DNA of 64,000 bases from Felis catus (GCF_018350175.1 NC_058382.1:54872001-54936000); one strand, 5' to 3'; shown: positions 25,073-39,668, counted from the first letter of the stretch. Numbers and translations are program-made. Notes: generated from the sequence alone by a model not told the origin.

Positions 25073-28000
25073 GTAGCTCATTTAACATCCCATCTACCCC
25101 TGCGAGCTTCTGTGTGACAGAGCGGACCCTGGCTGTGGGCTGGCCTGTGGCAGAGCTGGGAGCCTGTGTTCGTGCCCCAGTCCCCTTGCTTCTTCAGAAC
25201 CTGCCACGGAGATGGTGAGGAAGAACTTTGTGGGGGCTGCAGGCGCCCAGATGCCTGGCCAAGTGGCGGGGCTCTCCCGCAGGGCCTCTGGAAGGAAATC
25301 CCGCTGGCCGGAGCTTAGCAAGCTCCCCACACCTTTGATCCCAGGATCGCCCCCCTGCTGTGCCTGCCTGAATGACTCAGGACTTCAGAGATCTGGGTTG
25401 TTGAAAGGAGAATTGCCTCACGCCAATAAAAGAAAGAGAGAAATTAGCGTTAGAAAGTTTTGGTGTGAGGAAAATGACTTTGAAGCAACCTTTGTGAAGT
25501 AAAGTGTCTTTGGGGGGCAGGGGTGTGGAGAGGAGAGGGAGTGGGCTGGTGGGTGAACCACCGGCCTGGTGGCTCTTCCAAGAAGGCCTTCATTTGCTTG
25601 ACTCAAGCCCCCCCACCCGAGGCCATGCATTGTGTACCCTTGCTTTTTGGATCTAGTTGAACCACGGCACCAGAAAAGGTATAAAGGGATGTTTCTGGAG
25701 TATGTCTGGGTCCTGTCAGCAGGTGACCTTCAGGAGCCAGGGGCTTAGGTTAGAGAGCGTTGCCAAGAGCAGAGGTCTTGGGGCCCTTCTAATGCCCCGG
25801 TGGTAAGCAGGGTCCCCTCTGGGCCAGGAGAGCCAAGCCCTGGCTGGATCTCAGACCCCACCCGGCTGCCGCAGGCCCTTCTCAGCATTGTGGGCAGCTC
25901 TGCTTGAAGGAGTCTGTGTTGAGGATTGGGGGTGGCACCCCCCCCGCCACGCCCACTTTGAAACCCGTGGTGGAGGTGGAGACGCCGAAGACAGCCCCCC
26001 CCTCCCCCCCCCCCCCCGCCCCCAGGTCAGTCCATTCCTAACAGGCGCCCTCATTGTCGTCAGGCAATGTGGTTACAAGCGCTGGCCAGCGTTGTTGGAT
26101 CCAGACACTTGATATTAGGCCGTGTGACCAGTGGTGGTGTGACCCAGTTCTCAGTTTCTGCATCTGCAAGGTGGGGATAACGGTAGCCACCTCCCAGGCT
26201 ATCCTGAGGGTAAGGGAGATACTACACGTAGGGCTCAGAAGAATGCCAGCGTGTAGCGAGTACTCGGTAAATGCCCGCTCCGTCGTCACCCCCGGCTTTC
26301 TCGTGGCCGCGGCTTCCACCTGCCTGCGTTCCTGTTCCTGCTCAGCTTTCAACTTCTTGAAGGCAGGGTCCTTTCGATCCAGGGACGTGTGATGTCAGTG
26401 CAGGTGTTTGGCTGAATGGAGTTGCTCAGCGGGGCGTCTGGGGCCCCAGTGCCACGGGCTGTGAAGGGACAGAAAAGCATCTCAAGTTTTCTTGGAAACC
26501 CTGGCCCTGGCTGGGGATTTTGGACCTGTCCTGGAGAACCTCAGGGTTTGCCCCGATCCTGTCCTGAGACCTCAGTCACCAGGACCTGGAATGGACCCTC
26601 AGCCCTGGCCCTAGCACCAGCCACCACGTCCCCGACTCAAGGGAGCTAGAGACGTGCAGCTGGGAGGATTGAGGCATTGTTGGTGGTTTTCACCTTAGCT
26701 TTCTCCAGCCGTGCTTGGCAAATAAGATTTCGATCTTGGAAAATATGATTTAAAAACAGAATTGAAAGTCGCTTTTGTTTCCTCAACGATATTGCCCCTG
26801 ACACATGCCCAGGGCCTGCCTAGTGGAGTCGGGTGTGAGCATGTCCGTGGGAGATCCCACACAGCCCTGCCCCAGGCACACCTGTGTGGATGCCCGGCCT
26901 CTGCCCCCTGCCCCCTGCCCCCTTCCTGAGCCTTCTGTCTGCTCTCCACTTAGGTCTCTGATGACAGAACTCACGAAACCCCCTTTCTTTTGTGGTAGCT
27001 TGCTGTGTCCTCTTGGCCTTACTTTTGGGGTGACCTTGCCGCCAGGGGAGGGGGCTTCTTCTCGGAGCCCTGCTGTGCCTCTGTTTGAATGTGGAGTAGT
27101 AAATGTGTACACACGTGGGTCCCCAGAGCTTGAGTCTTGAGCGTGTTCCACCCTGATGTCCCCGTCCCAGACGGGAGGGGGTCCCCGTCCTTCCTGTTGG
27201 ATGAGGTCTTGGAGCTCTGAGTCCCCCTGGGCCGCCCTGAGGAGCCTTCTAGGGAATGGGTCCTGGGCCCCTTGAGATCCCAGGATAACACTCTGTTTCT
27301 TCTTCGCCTTTCTCTGGGCCCAGGGCCTGGCCCTGTGGCTTCTGTGCCCTTTGGCCTCCAGGGGGGGTTTGGCCAGTGGGGACCCCGGAGGCGATGGAGG
27401 CCAGTGGCTTCAATTTAAGGTTGCTGTGGGCGGGCAGGGTCCCTCAATCACAGCTCCTGTCCTGTCACCCCCCACTCTGTCCCAGGGGTGGGAACATGTG
27501 GTAGCAATGGGGGTGACCAACTGGCCCGGCTTGCCGGAAGCTGTCCCAGGAAAGTTGTGTTGGCACTTGAGTCCTATGTCCCAGGAAACCCCGCGGTCCA
27601 GGCAGACCCGGGACAGCTGGTCACCCGAGGGAGAAAAACCCTCTCTGGTGCTTTCCCCTGTGCTCTGCCCACACCTTGGTATGTTGTCCTTTTGTGAACG
27701 GTTTCTCCAAATTATACCGTTTTGTGTCTGCCATCTGTTTGTTCGCAGGGCCCCGGCTGACACACCAGGAGCTTCAGAAGGATGGACTGGTTTTCAGAGC
27801 CCTTGCCTTTGAGAGCTCACAGTAACCAAATGGGCCATGCTCTGAACATGGGGAAATGCGATTTGTCTCTTGGGCACGGACTCGTGTCTGAAAATACGCT
27901 GCCTTCAAAGAACAGTGGCGTTCATGACGGTGGCGGTGGCCCCTTATTTGCCTAGTTGGCTGTGGGCTGGCTGTGCGTTGAGGCACCCCCGTGTTGAATC

Positions 28001-31000
28001 ACCGTGACAGTCCTGTGAGGACCTTCCGGGATGAGGAGGCCGAGGCTGAGTGAGGTGAAGTACTTTGCCCAGGGCTCAGGTCAGGCCAGGGTATGAACCC
28101 CAGTGGAGCCATCTGCGAGGCTGCCGTGCTTACTGATTGCCTAGGTGTTTTACAACCAGGCCCAGCCAGACCAAACCCACACTTGTGCTGCTGCGGGCTT
28201 GGACGGGGCGTCTTACTGGGTGTGCAGGCACCAGATCCGATGTTTTCCACTTCCTCCCCTGTGGCAGGGCTGTGTGCACAAAGCGTGCACAACTGGCTGG
28301 TCGGCCACTTTGGGCTCTGCTGGATTCAGCTGTGGCCAGTGTTGGAAAATGTTGGTCTGTTCTTTCCTTTTCCATCACCTCCCCCTCCCCCCCCCCCCAT
28401 TAAAATTTTCATAATTAGAATCAGAGGCAGAGAGAACCTGCAGGCCACCTAGTTCTGGGATGGCAAATAAATTCCTCTCCCCTGGTAGACATTGCTAATC
28501 AATCCTGACATAATCAATCCTTCCCGGTGAGCCCAGACAGCCACTGCTAATCAGTTGTTGTTGGCATGCAGCCCGTCTCCCCCTGTGTGGATTGGGAACC
28601 TGAGACCTAGGGACGGAAAATGACCCACAAGGGAGCCCCTGGGAGTGTGGAGTCTGCTCCACACCGGGGGGCTCTCTGTTGAGAAGTGACTCTGACGTCT
28701 AAGCAAGGTGTGGTGTAGGAGGAAGGACCTGGGTTTTGCACAGCAGTGCGTGGATCTGGGTCTGCATCCCGGTTCTGCCTCTTTCTGGTTGGAACTTTGC
28801 GTAAGTCACATGACTTCCCTGAGCCTGGTCTGTGAAACTGGAAGTTACAATCCCTGCATCCCAAGGTTGTGAGAAATAAATGGCGTGGAATGTTCCTTCG
28901 GCTCCTGCAGATACTGACGGGGGACCTAGTGTGTGCGGGGCACCGCTGAGGCATGGCGTGTGGCAGTCTGCCGCGTGGACAACGCTCCACCCCGCAGCCG
29001 CTCGGCTGCCTTAGAAAGACGAGGCCTGATTTAAGTGATGCTGGTTTCCTTCCCCTTTCCTTTTTGGAGACCTGTGAAATTTGTATTACTGTTATTAATT
29101 TTTACCAGCTCCTCTGTCACGTCCTCTTAAATTTTGGCCTGTTTGTCCTCTGCAAGACTTGCTTTGGAGAGTGACTTGTTTTTTCTTTCATGCCTGGTCT
29201 GGTTTCTGTCCTCATGTTGGAGTGGATAGTGAGTTCAGAGGCAATTGAAATGACGGAGTCTTCCCTACTGAACGAATGTGTCCAAGGACAATGGGCCTTG
29301 GACTTCTTTGGGCAACACAGTCCTTTGGAAAATTCGATGAAAGCTAGGCACCCCTCTGGGAAAGTGGTAAGACGACAGTCTCATGGGATTTAGCATCTGT
29401 CATATAGGCTTTCTTAGGGGTTCCTTCCTGGACCTGCCGCCCCTCCCCCCTCCCTCCCCCCCGCCCCAGGTAATAAACCGGTCTGGGAGGTCTGTGGCAT
29501 GTCCCTAGCAAGAAATGGAAATTTGTCCAGAAATTAACATGTAAATGATAAAAAAAAAAGAAAGTTTCATCCTTTGGCTGGGGAAGTGGGCTTGTCCACA
29601 CAGCATTTTCTGTGCTTGTAGAGCTGTGTTTAGTCTTCTTGGTTATGGTGAACTATTTTTTCTTTTATCCTAGTCTGGAGTTTCAAGGTTGGTGCTTCTT
29701 GCCCCTAAAATGTTTATTTTCAGATTTAGAACAGTTCTTTACTCTTCGATAAGGCCGAGCACATCGCTGAAGCCACGCCGTGGTCAGCACAGAGGGATTC
29801 CGCTGGCATCGCACATGTGGCTCGGTGCTCAGCCCCGTTTGGCACACAGAGTGACCTCGGGCCGCCTCACCTCTCTGACCTGTAAAGCTAGGGGACAGAC
29901 TGGCCACAAAGCCCCTGTGGTTAAGGATTAAAGAACAGTAAGCATACAAAATAGGCCCAGGGAGTGTCCAAGTAGGCCATGGTGGATTTTGTATTTGATC
30001 GCCTTGAACTTGACTCAGAAGTGTGGATCCTCTGTGCTGTGAAGGGCTGGTGTTTTTATTGAGTGAGTTATGGAGGCCGCCTGGCAAACTGAGCTGAAGT
30101 GAGCCCGGTCCCTTTGCGAGGGGCTGGAGGCACACGGCTCTCAGAGAATGGCAGAGAGGCTGGCTGGCGTGGTTCAGAGAAACGAAGGGTCTTTCTTGGT
30201 TGGTAGTGTGGAAAAAGACCCCAATACATGAGTTCCCTCATGGTCTTTGACTCTTCCGACGTGAGCCGGGCACCCGTCTTTAGCCGCGTCCTGGGGTGAA
30301 ACGTGGTTTAAGTGGCGAGAGAGAGTTCGTTCCATGGGGCCATTTCAAATGCAGACACGGAATTCTGCCGGGATGATTTCTTTGCCACTGAATTTTGCAT
30401 TTGCATGTTCTTAAGCCAAGAAAAGGAATTGAACTTTCCCTTTTGTTTGCTTCATTACTCCCACCACATTTGGCAGTTTGGCGGGATGCGGTTGTGTTTT
30501 TTTATGACTCTCAAATTCTTTTTTAAAAGTGTGCTGTGTGCACGGAGGAAGATTTTGCAGGGCGATCTGAGCCAGCTCTCCGTCCAGCTGGGTACAGGTT
30601 GCCATGGGCGAGGCTGGGCGAAATCATGGAATCCACCATTTCTTGAGCACCTATTGGGTATTGGGTGCTTGTGCGTCTCGTCCTCGCAGCTGTGCCCTGG
30701 GGTGGGTCATGGCCGCGTTTCAGGACTGTGGACAGCCACTGGCCTCCAGGGACACACAGGTCTCAGAGCTGCAATTCACACCCAGATCAGGCTGACCCGG
30801 ACCCTTGTGCTTTTTCCTGTGGCCCATGCTTCTCCTGTGACCTCAAGGGACTTCCTGGGTGTTCTTTATGTCCGCACCCTTGTAAGATCCCACTTAAGGA
30901 GAAATGAGTAGGCCTTGGGTGGCCACCGAGGAAAGGCCCTGAGAGAGCTCTGCTTCTGTAGCCCAGCAGCCTGGCTGCAGAGCTCAGGTGCAGCCAAGAT

Positions 31001-31577
31001 TGGCCCGGTCCTCCCGGTCAGCGGCCAAGGTGGCCCGCTCTGGGGCAAAGCTAAGGCTCCATCTGCCTTGCCTGTGTGACATTCGAGGGCGGCCCTGGCC
31101 ATATGTACAGCAAGGGGGAGTGCAGAGAAAGTAGCTTTCTCATCTGTGTCTCTACTTCTCAGATGAGGAAACTGAGGGGCGGATGGCTTGAACGTGGCCA
31201 CTCACATGCGATGAGAGAGGTGGCTGGGCTGAGCCTGGGTTGTTCTGAGTAGGTGTTTACTGCCCCTTTACCTGGAGGAGCTGCATCTCGGGAGTTGGAT
31301 CACGGCCTGGAGGGGTACACCTGCCAGCGTCTTCTTAGAATTCGCTCCACGTCAGGAAGCAGGAGAGCAGGTCGCTGGGTCCACATCTGGTCTGGTGGGG
31401 CCTCTCGACATCATCGAGGCCACTGCTGTCATTTTTACAGTTGAGCAGACCAAGGCCGAGGACAGACACTGCCAGGCCGCATCCATCCCCAAGTACAGCT
31501 CCTGGTTCTCTCACTCTGTCTGCTGTGTACTACCACGGTCTCATTTATCTCGGTATCTCAGCTTCTGAATGTGTGTG

Positions 31578-32110
31578 TTTTTTGTAATTGGGGTGAAATA
31601 TACATAGCAGTTAGCATTTTAATCATTCGTAGATGTACATTTCAGTGGCATTAAATACATTCACAGCGTTGTGTTACCACCATCGTTGCCTGTATCCAAA
31701 ACTTTTCATGGGTCTGCAACATAAACTCTGTATTAAATACTGTCTCCCCCTCTGCTGCTTCCCGCAGCCCTGACAGTCTCTCTTCTACCCTCTGTCTGTG
31801 TGAATTTGCCTGTTCTAGGTACCTCATGGCAGCGTAATCCTATAACGCTTGTCCTTCTGGGTCTGGCTTACGTTACTTAGCATAATGATTTCACGGTCCA
31901 CCCATGTGGTAGCATATATCCAAATGTTATTCCTTTTTATGGCTGAGTAGTATTCCCTTGTACGGATAGACCACATTTTGTTTACCCTTTCCTCTGTTGA
32001 TGGGCACTGGCTCTGTGATTAATGCTACCATGGACGTGGGGACAAACCGCTATTAGCTTTCCTGCTTTCACTTCTTTCGGACGTATACCTGGGAGCGGAC
32101 GTTGCTCTGT
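31578..32110 (-). mobile_element. L1MB-like 3' end, antisense
   Basis: ttcagtggcattaaatacattcacagcgttgtgttaccaccatc...gaatttgcctgttctaggtacctcat...ttattcctttttatggctgagtagtattcc...ccacattttgttta. Confidence 0.85.
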
Positions 32111-35100
32111 TCAAGATGTTCATCTCCGTCTCCCCCATTACACGGAGAACTCAGGTTCATCGTAGAAGAATTGGACAATACAAGATAACCAGAGGTGGAA
32201 AATAAAATTTACACCTAATGTTTTTGTAGATGGTCGTTTGTGTGTGCTTTTTTTTCTGTCCGCCCAGGGTTGTGCTGCACAAGCAGTCAGTCTTTGGTAG
32301 TGTGAGAGGGACCTTCATTTCGAAATCCAGAAAACTTTGTGTAAGGCATTGGGACTGAGGGGAGAGGTGCCAGTCAGGCTTTGCAGCCCTGCTGAAGGCT
32401 CACCACCTCCAGGAAGTACGCCTGTGGGTGCAGTCTGAGTCCCGGGAGGGACGTCCAGCACCACCGCTGGTGGCGGTGGGCCCTGATGGATATTTGTCAG
32501 ATGAGGGAACTGAGACGCGACTGAAAGAATGGACGAGTGAAACTAACCAGCAAGCCTCCCTGCGGCTTGAGGTACCTGAGTGGTGAGGGGTCCTCTGGGG
32601 CTGGGCCCTCCCCCAGCAGCCCTGCAGCCGGCTCATTGGACAGCATGAGCACAGCAGGCCTCCCTCTTCTGAGTCCTCGCACATCACTGTCCCTGTCCCT
32701 GCGAAGCTGGGTCCACAGCGGGGGGCACCGGGCAGTTGTTCGCTTAGGGTCTCCCGTGTGCCAGGGACTTTGCTGGGGGGGCTGGGCTCTGGGTGACCCG
32801 AGCAGGGCCCCACTCAAGGCCCTTACTTTCCCGAGGGGGCACACGCTCGCGCAAAAGCACATGCTGATTTCAGATGGTGATAGATGTGATGAAGAAAATA
32901 CATCTTTTTTCTTTCTTGTTCTTTCTTTTTCCCTTCCCTTCTTTTCATTTCTATCTTTTTTAAAAAGAATAATTCGCTTGGCTGCTTCTTGGTTGATTGG
33001 CGGCCAGGGATGTATGTGCATTTACTGGGTTCGGGTCCCGGCTCTGCCACTTGCTAGTGACCCCAGTTTCCTTGTCTGTGTGAAGCAGGCTCGTGGTGCC
33101 TGCCCCTAGGGCTGTGGTCGGGCTTGATGGTGACACGCTCCCGGGGCACTTAGCACAGGGCCCGGCGGGTCTCAGGTTCTCAAGGCTTGCCACGCTTGTC
33201 ACCGCGACCAGGCCGCCATCGGGGGACGAGGCTGCTGGCTACGTGGTTTTCAAAGGCCGAGACCGGCACCGTCCAGTGGATTGGTCAGCTGCAAAGGGGC
33301 TGGTACAGCACTGAGTTTGGTGCACTCGGCACAGCCTCACTTCCCTGGATGCTTGGGCTGAACCCAGTTTGTTCAGTACCCCTTCCCTGCGTGAGATTGT
33401 CTCCTCCCTGGGAACAGGAACAAAAGGGCCCAGCTCTGAAAGAGGCCCTTGTTTCTTCACCAAGTTCGGGAAGGGCAAAGGCACGTTTCTGCAGACGGTT
33501 CCAGGAGTTCAGCGGCCGGGCCAGACTCTTCCTTTCTCCTGGGCCTCATTTGGTGCCAGAGCCTTCTGGTTGGAAGATTGGGACGGCCAGAACGTACAGG
33601 AAAATGAACAAACAGACAGAAACCCTCAAACTACCCTTCGAAGGGCCCTTGTCCTTGCAGGCTCCTCTGGGCCGCAGAGGGGCTTTTTCATCGAGCGCAT
33701 TTCCAGTTTGTCAGGCAGAGGGCTTGGCGGTGCTGTCTGGCCCGTATGGGCCCAGCCCGAGCGTGGGTGGATGACTGGACCTGTGTTTCCCGCCCGTCCT
33801 TGCCACTCGCCGTGGGGACCGGGTGAGTCCTTCAGCATCTCGGAGCGTCCGGCCTTGGGCCCCACCTGCAAATGAGGTGCCTGGTGACTCGGCCATTGGT
33901 GTCAGGGTAGGGACAGCAGGCGAGGCTGGGGCATGTCACAGAGCAGCCCCAGTAGGGCTGCCCCTCCACCTCTCCCCTGGGGTGGCCCTCCACCGCCTTT
34001 CCTCCCCCAGTGAGAAGGTGGGAGGATTTGAATGCTGTCCCCTCAAAAGTGCCGTTTCTACCCAAGTTCGGGTCTGGGAAGAAGCGAAATTTAGTGTTCC
34101 ACCTTTCTTAGGCATCTCTCTGGCATCCCTTAGGCATCCCTTAGGCATCCCTCTGGGCCTGCGTTCCACTGAACAAGACCGTAACATGCGCAACTGGGGG
34201 CACTCCGTGGTCCTCGGGAGGCGGAGGTGGCCAGGAGACAGCCGGAAGGTGGCTGGCTGGGGACGGAGGGGAGCCCGCAGTTCCTCCGCCTCCAGGGGCA
34301 GGCTCGGCTCTGTCTCCAGAATCAGCCAGAGTGCGCGCATTCCCCCAGCCCTCCCACCCACTCACACACTCAGGCCACGCGTGGCTCCTAGAAGTGAGGA
34401 GTCCGCACCGTGAAGGGCCTGGCTTCCTGTTCCGCTCCTCTTGGTTCCTTATGCGGTGGAGCCTCCCCAGAAGGTAGGGCAGGAGGAGAGTGAGGAGACG
34501 TACCGGGCGCTGGCGTCCTCCATGGCATATGCAGTGTCTGGGCATCTGTGCCTGAAACGTGCACTTATGGAACACCTGCTGGGTGCCGGGTGTCGTGCCA
34601 AGGGCTGGGAATACGGGGATGCAGAGACTCTGACGTATGTAAGGGTGATGGGGGAGCTGTGGCAGTGCCAGGCTTCCCTAGGAGACAGCTGCTGAGCACC
34701 TAGGGTTCGGCTCGGGCTGGAACGCAGGGACTGGCATTCCAGGTCGAGAGCCGCAGGGCCACGCATCTGCAGGAGGGAAGTGCCCCCTTGGGCCAGGAGT
34801 GTGTAGAGTGAAGTGGGCCCAGGTGAGCTGTCCTGCGTGCTGGGCTCGGGACTTTGGACTTGAACACGGAAGCCAGGTCCCTGGAATGCCCCTGAACACC
34901 TTGTTCCTTCCTGCTCAGCCTTGAAAAAGAAAGCCTCGTTCTTTGCCCTGATGTGGTCATCGTCACGTTTGAGAACCTAGGAAAGGCCCAACTGGGGACG
35001 AGGGTGGGGCTCAGTTCATTGTCAGTGAGGAAACGGCCTCTCCCTCAATCTTTGGCGTTGGGAGAGAGGCTCAGAGGGGCCGGCCCCTGACATCATTTTG

Positions 35101-35204
35101 AGCTGGAAGCATCTAAACCCAAGATAACGGCGAAGACCGTCTGCTGTTGGAAATGCAGGGATCAGTTTTCCACGGCAAAAGGAGCCCCTAGGCCAGTGAT
35201 CAGA

Positions 35205-35440
35205 GTGTTGAGCTGGGGGTTCCACCGTCGGCTCTCCTGCTCACAAGCTGTGTGACCTTGGGCAAGTGGCTTAACCTCTCTGAGCTTTTGTTTCTCATTG
35301 GTACGATGAGGTGGATAGTGGTACCAATCCCCTGGGCTTCTGAGAGGATTCAGCGGGTAAAATGCACGTCCAGCATTAGTGCTGCGCAGCATGGAGAAGG
35401 TGCATGAGAAAGAGAGAGTTCCTGTGATTAGTATTGTTAC
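35205..35440 (+). mobile_element. MIR SINE relic
   Basis: gctgtgtgaccttgggcaagtggcttaacctctctgagctt...tttctcat MIR core. Confidence 0.75.
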
Positions 35441-38400
35441 TGCGGTATTCCCAAGACTGCAGAGGAAGGGTCTGACCAAGTCCAGGGGAAGGAGCGGCCG
35501 GAAAGGGCTTCCCAGGGCAGGTGGCACGAAACTTTGGAGTCACACGTTCCTAAGTTCAGGCTCTGCCAGTCTCTGGCTCTGCGTGACCCTGGGTACGTTG
35601 TTGAGGTTCAACTGAGTACGTGATTTCATTCTGTCTTACTTGTCCCCCTGGCAAATGGGATAGTAACGCTCAACTCCTAGGTTGCTGTGGGGACATAAGA
35701 GCTGCCAGGCCAGGGCTCCTGCCAGGATCAAGTTTCCTGCAAGTCTTTAGGAGATGATGTGGGGAGGGCTTTTCTTTTGGCTCCTCCTTTCCCGTGAAGC
35801 CCCCTCAGATGGGTGCAGCCAGTGAGCCTGGAGGGCCTGCACCCATGACCTTGTCAGGAGGCCGGCAGCCGTCTGCAGGTAAAGAGCCTTTCCTTGGGCC
35901 CTGCTGGGAGCCCTGCCCGGCCTGACGCTTTACCTACAGCCCCGTGTTATCTTTTGCAAAAGTCATGAGCTGGAGGAAGGACAAACCACTTCCTCTGCAG
36001 CCTTCAGATTTATCAGGCACCACTTTTGACAGTTTCAGTTTGAAGAGAATTAAAAAAAAAATAAAAGATGCTGAGAAGCATTAGATAAACAAAGTGGCCT
36101 CACGCCTCCGCCCTCTGCTGCTTCCCTGGCTGGGACCAGGCACGTCTGGGACCTCTGGGGTGCTTGGTGAGGCCAGCGGGTGTGGGTGCCAGAGGCGGCC
36201 CCGCGTGGGAGCTTTCCTTGTGCACGCGGGCTGCTGGCCGCGAGGCCCCAGGCCTCTGCCTGCCGCTTCCTGCCCTGTGCGTCGTGGCGCGGGGGGCACG
36301 TGCTCACAGGCCAGGTCGCAGAGCCAGATGTTTGAGAAGTTTGACCTCAGAGCTGCTTTCTTTCCCCCTCCGGAGAAATACGTCTGGAGAAAGTGCTAAA
36401 GACGAGGCCGGGCGGGACCTGAAGCCGCCAGAGGAAGGCGCCGGGAGCGGGAGCGTCGGGGCTGGGTGCCTGCCCCTCCCCGGCCTGCCTGTTAAGGAGC
36501 CACACAAAGGTGGACTCTCGGGTTGGATTTGGGGCAACCATGGGCAAGTGTGATTTTTGTAAGTCAGAAGAGATCAAATATTGATTTTATAGAGTCGCAA
36601 CTGCTCGTTTGTAAGTAAACGCGATTCCCGAGCGCCTGGAGTCCTGTCTTTGCTGTGGCCCCGAGGCTCCTAAGATCAGCAAAGGGAAACCTCCCTCTCT
36701 CTCTCGAGGAGGAGGGAGCATAAAGGTTAGTATGCGTTTATGGGTATACACACACACGTGTCCAAAGGTGGCACTTCACTGTGGCACTTTGCTCCTTGCA
36801 TTCCAGTTTACTAGGTATATGTGTGACCTGGGGCGAGTCATACAACTTGTCTCTGTTCCCTCATCTCTAAGATGAAATCAGTGGTAATATTTGTGACCTG
36901 GGATCGTGGTCAGGAAGCAGCGAAAGGGGGCATGAACCAAGCCCGGGGCAAGGCCCAGGACTCCAGAGATGCTTAATGAAGACACACTGTTCTTACTTTT
37001 GGTGTTCTTTAGGGTGCCTTATCCTCGGCGTTCCCATGGCACTAGGTCTACCCGGGGATTGAGGATTTGCTCTATCTGGCCCGTGGTTCTACGGCTTAGG
37101 AGCAGGTAGTGACCCCTGTGACCCGTTCGACACCGCTGAACGTTTGCTCTGTGCTGTGCACTGTTCTAGGGCATTCCGTTAGGGCCTCTGCTCTCAGGAA
37201 GCTTGGAGTTCTTGGGGCCAGGGAGGTGACAGCAAACAAGTCAGCATTCACAAGGCCCTTCAGGGGTGGCAGGTGCTGGGACGGAGATCAGACAGGGAGA
37301 GGTGGTGGAGACAGATGGGGTGGGGGCACATTTCTGGCAGCACGGTCAAGGGGGGCCTCTCCGAGTGGGTGATACTGCTGAAGGGACCAGTCTTGTGGGG
37401 ATCTAGGGAGGAACATTTCAGGAGTCGGTATAGCAAGTGCAAAGGCCCTGAGGTAGAAGGCTGGAGGGACAGGCAGGGGCCAGACATGACTGCCATGGCA
37501 GCCTCAGCCTGGGGTTTGGATTTCTTTCCAAGTGCCTTGGGAAACAGGGGCATGACTTTTTGCAAAGGCTGGTGAGAGAGGGGTCAGGGGGAGACTATGT
37601 GTCCTGTTCTTCTCTTGTCCCTTGCAGCACGCCTCAGGCTTAGCCACAAAGTGGCTGTCCCTAGTGGGTGTCTGCTTATGTCCCATCTCCTGCGTGTGCC
37701 CTCAGCGACCTGATCTGTACAATGGGCCCAAGTATAGGGCCTCTCATCCCCGCACTGCCCTGCGTGGTGGCCCTGCCTCCCCGTGTCCTTCCCCGAGGTC
37801 AGTTCCTTTCAGCTCTGAGAGCACCAGCGGCTGACGTTTCCCTTTCTTGTTTGTTGTGGGGGAAGGGTATTTAATTGCATTCCTCCTGAGTGAATGACAC
37901 AGAAAGGGCAGGGGTATGTCAGCGACGCTGCTCTGTAATTTTCGTGTCTGGGACGGGTTTCAGAGCTGAGCTGTTTTCCTCTGACCGGCAGCGGCTGTTG
38001 CCCAAGTCAACAGCGGGGTGCTCTCGAGATCGCCTTTGTTGGTTTTCTTTCTTCTTTCTCCTTCTCCTCCTCCTCCTTCTCCGTCGTCTTCTCCATCTTC
38101 CCAATCGTGTTTTTTAAATAAGCCTTTTTTTTTTTTTTTCCTTCCCATGGAATAAAAACTGGCGGCTTGGATGTGGTGGGTAAGAATTAGTAGTTCCTGT
38201 CCCTTTGGTGTGGGAGTCAGTGGGGGTTGATTTAAACATTTATTTCCCATTAAGAGATTCGTGGTCTTGGAAGCTGGCGTTAGAAGTGGGGTGATCTCAA
38301 GTCCCGACTGGTGATTTGCGATGCCTGTAGGAGTCGGGCCTGCCTCACGGGGAGCCAGGGAACACGCTGAGCAGAGGGTGCAGGCGGTGACCCACGGGCC

Positions 38401-39668
38401 AAGTCCAGTCTGCCAATATATTTTCCTTGGCCCACACAGTGTTTTTGAAAAAAATGCTTTAGTGAGTTGTCCGCATTTAAAAATTGGGAGAGCTTCCCTG
38501 AAAAAAAAAAAAAAATCTGGATTTCCATTTTCTAATAATAACAACAAAAGCAAACACTTCTGTGTCACTTACTGCGTGCCTGGTGTGGTTCTAAATGACT
38601 TCTCTCTGTTTGCTCCTCTGTGATGCAGTTCCGTGATGCAGGTGTCTCTATTACTGTCCCCACTCTATGGCTGGGAACACTGAGGCCAGCTGTGAACCAG
38701 TTTGCTCCTGGCTGTGCCCGCACCCCTGTGTGGTGGCCGTGGGCCAGGGCTGCTGGCGGCTGCCCCTTTCAGGCTGGGCACGTACTCAGGTTCGGCACCG
38801 GCCCGGGGCCGGGGGCGTTGGACGCGGTACTTTCTTGAGCTTGGAGAAGTCAAGACGGGTGGTGGGAGTAAAGCCTCTCTCCTTTGGGTTGAGTCACCCA
38901 TCACTGATCTGTCCCTCCCTCCGTCCCTCCTGTGTGGTTCCCGTTCACCCAGGCGCCCCGGGGCCAGGCAGATCCGATCTCTGCTCTGTGTGTGGGTTCG
39001 TGCCAGCTCCCTGGTTTCAGTCCAGACCTCCAGTGGGAGGTGCTACATGAGGATCCCAGGGACGAAATGAGTCAGGCCACAGGAGACGAGAGATCCCAGC
39101 CTCCTGTCCCGTGTCAGCGTCACTTTTGTGGAAGGGGAGCAGTGCTGGAATCAGAGACACCACCTGCGGAGCTCGCCTCCCTTCCTGGGGGACTCCCACC
39201 ACCCCACGCCCCCCCCCCCCCGCCTCCGGTCCCACCCTGTGCTGGGGAGCAGGGCCAGGATGGTGTCTGTGCTGAGGCCCTGCCAGCCTGGCTCACTGCT
39301 CCCGCTGTGGGGGGACCGTTGAGGGGCGAACAGCTACTGCTTGTCTTTGTCAAAATTGCTGGTGCGTGGAACGTGGTTCTGGGGTGGCCAGGCTCGAGTG
39401 TGACTCACTTTGGAAGCTGTGAGATAGCATTTCACCTAGGGAGGCTTCAGCAGCGTGGAGGTGAAGTGGCCCTTTTCACAGAGGGCTTGCGGCTTCATGG
39501 ATGGGGCTGCCGTGGTCAGCGTGGCTGGCCTTCTCTGTGGCAGAGAGGAGCGTGGGCCATGATGAGAAGCCACTATGTTTGGAGGCCTAACCCTTCCCTT
39601 TCTCCTTCCTCTCTCTCTCTCCGTGCCCCCCCCTTCCCGTTTCTGGGTGCATTTACAAAAACTCTGTT

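Noticed and set aside
30312..30911. 199-aa ORF with an apparently complex N-terminus
   Set aside because: Starts at GTG, no known homology recognised, and better explained as non-coding sequence.
34107..34155. Repeated taggcatccct units
   Set aside because: Short local tandem duplication without unique spacers. Not a CRISPR-like array.
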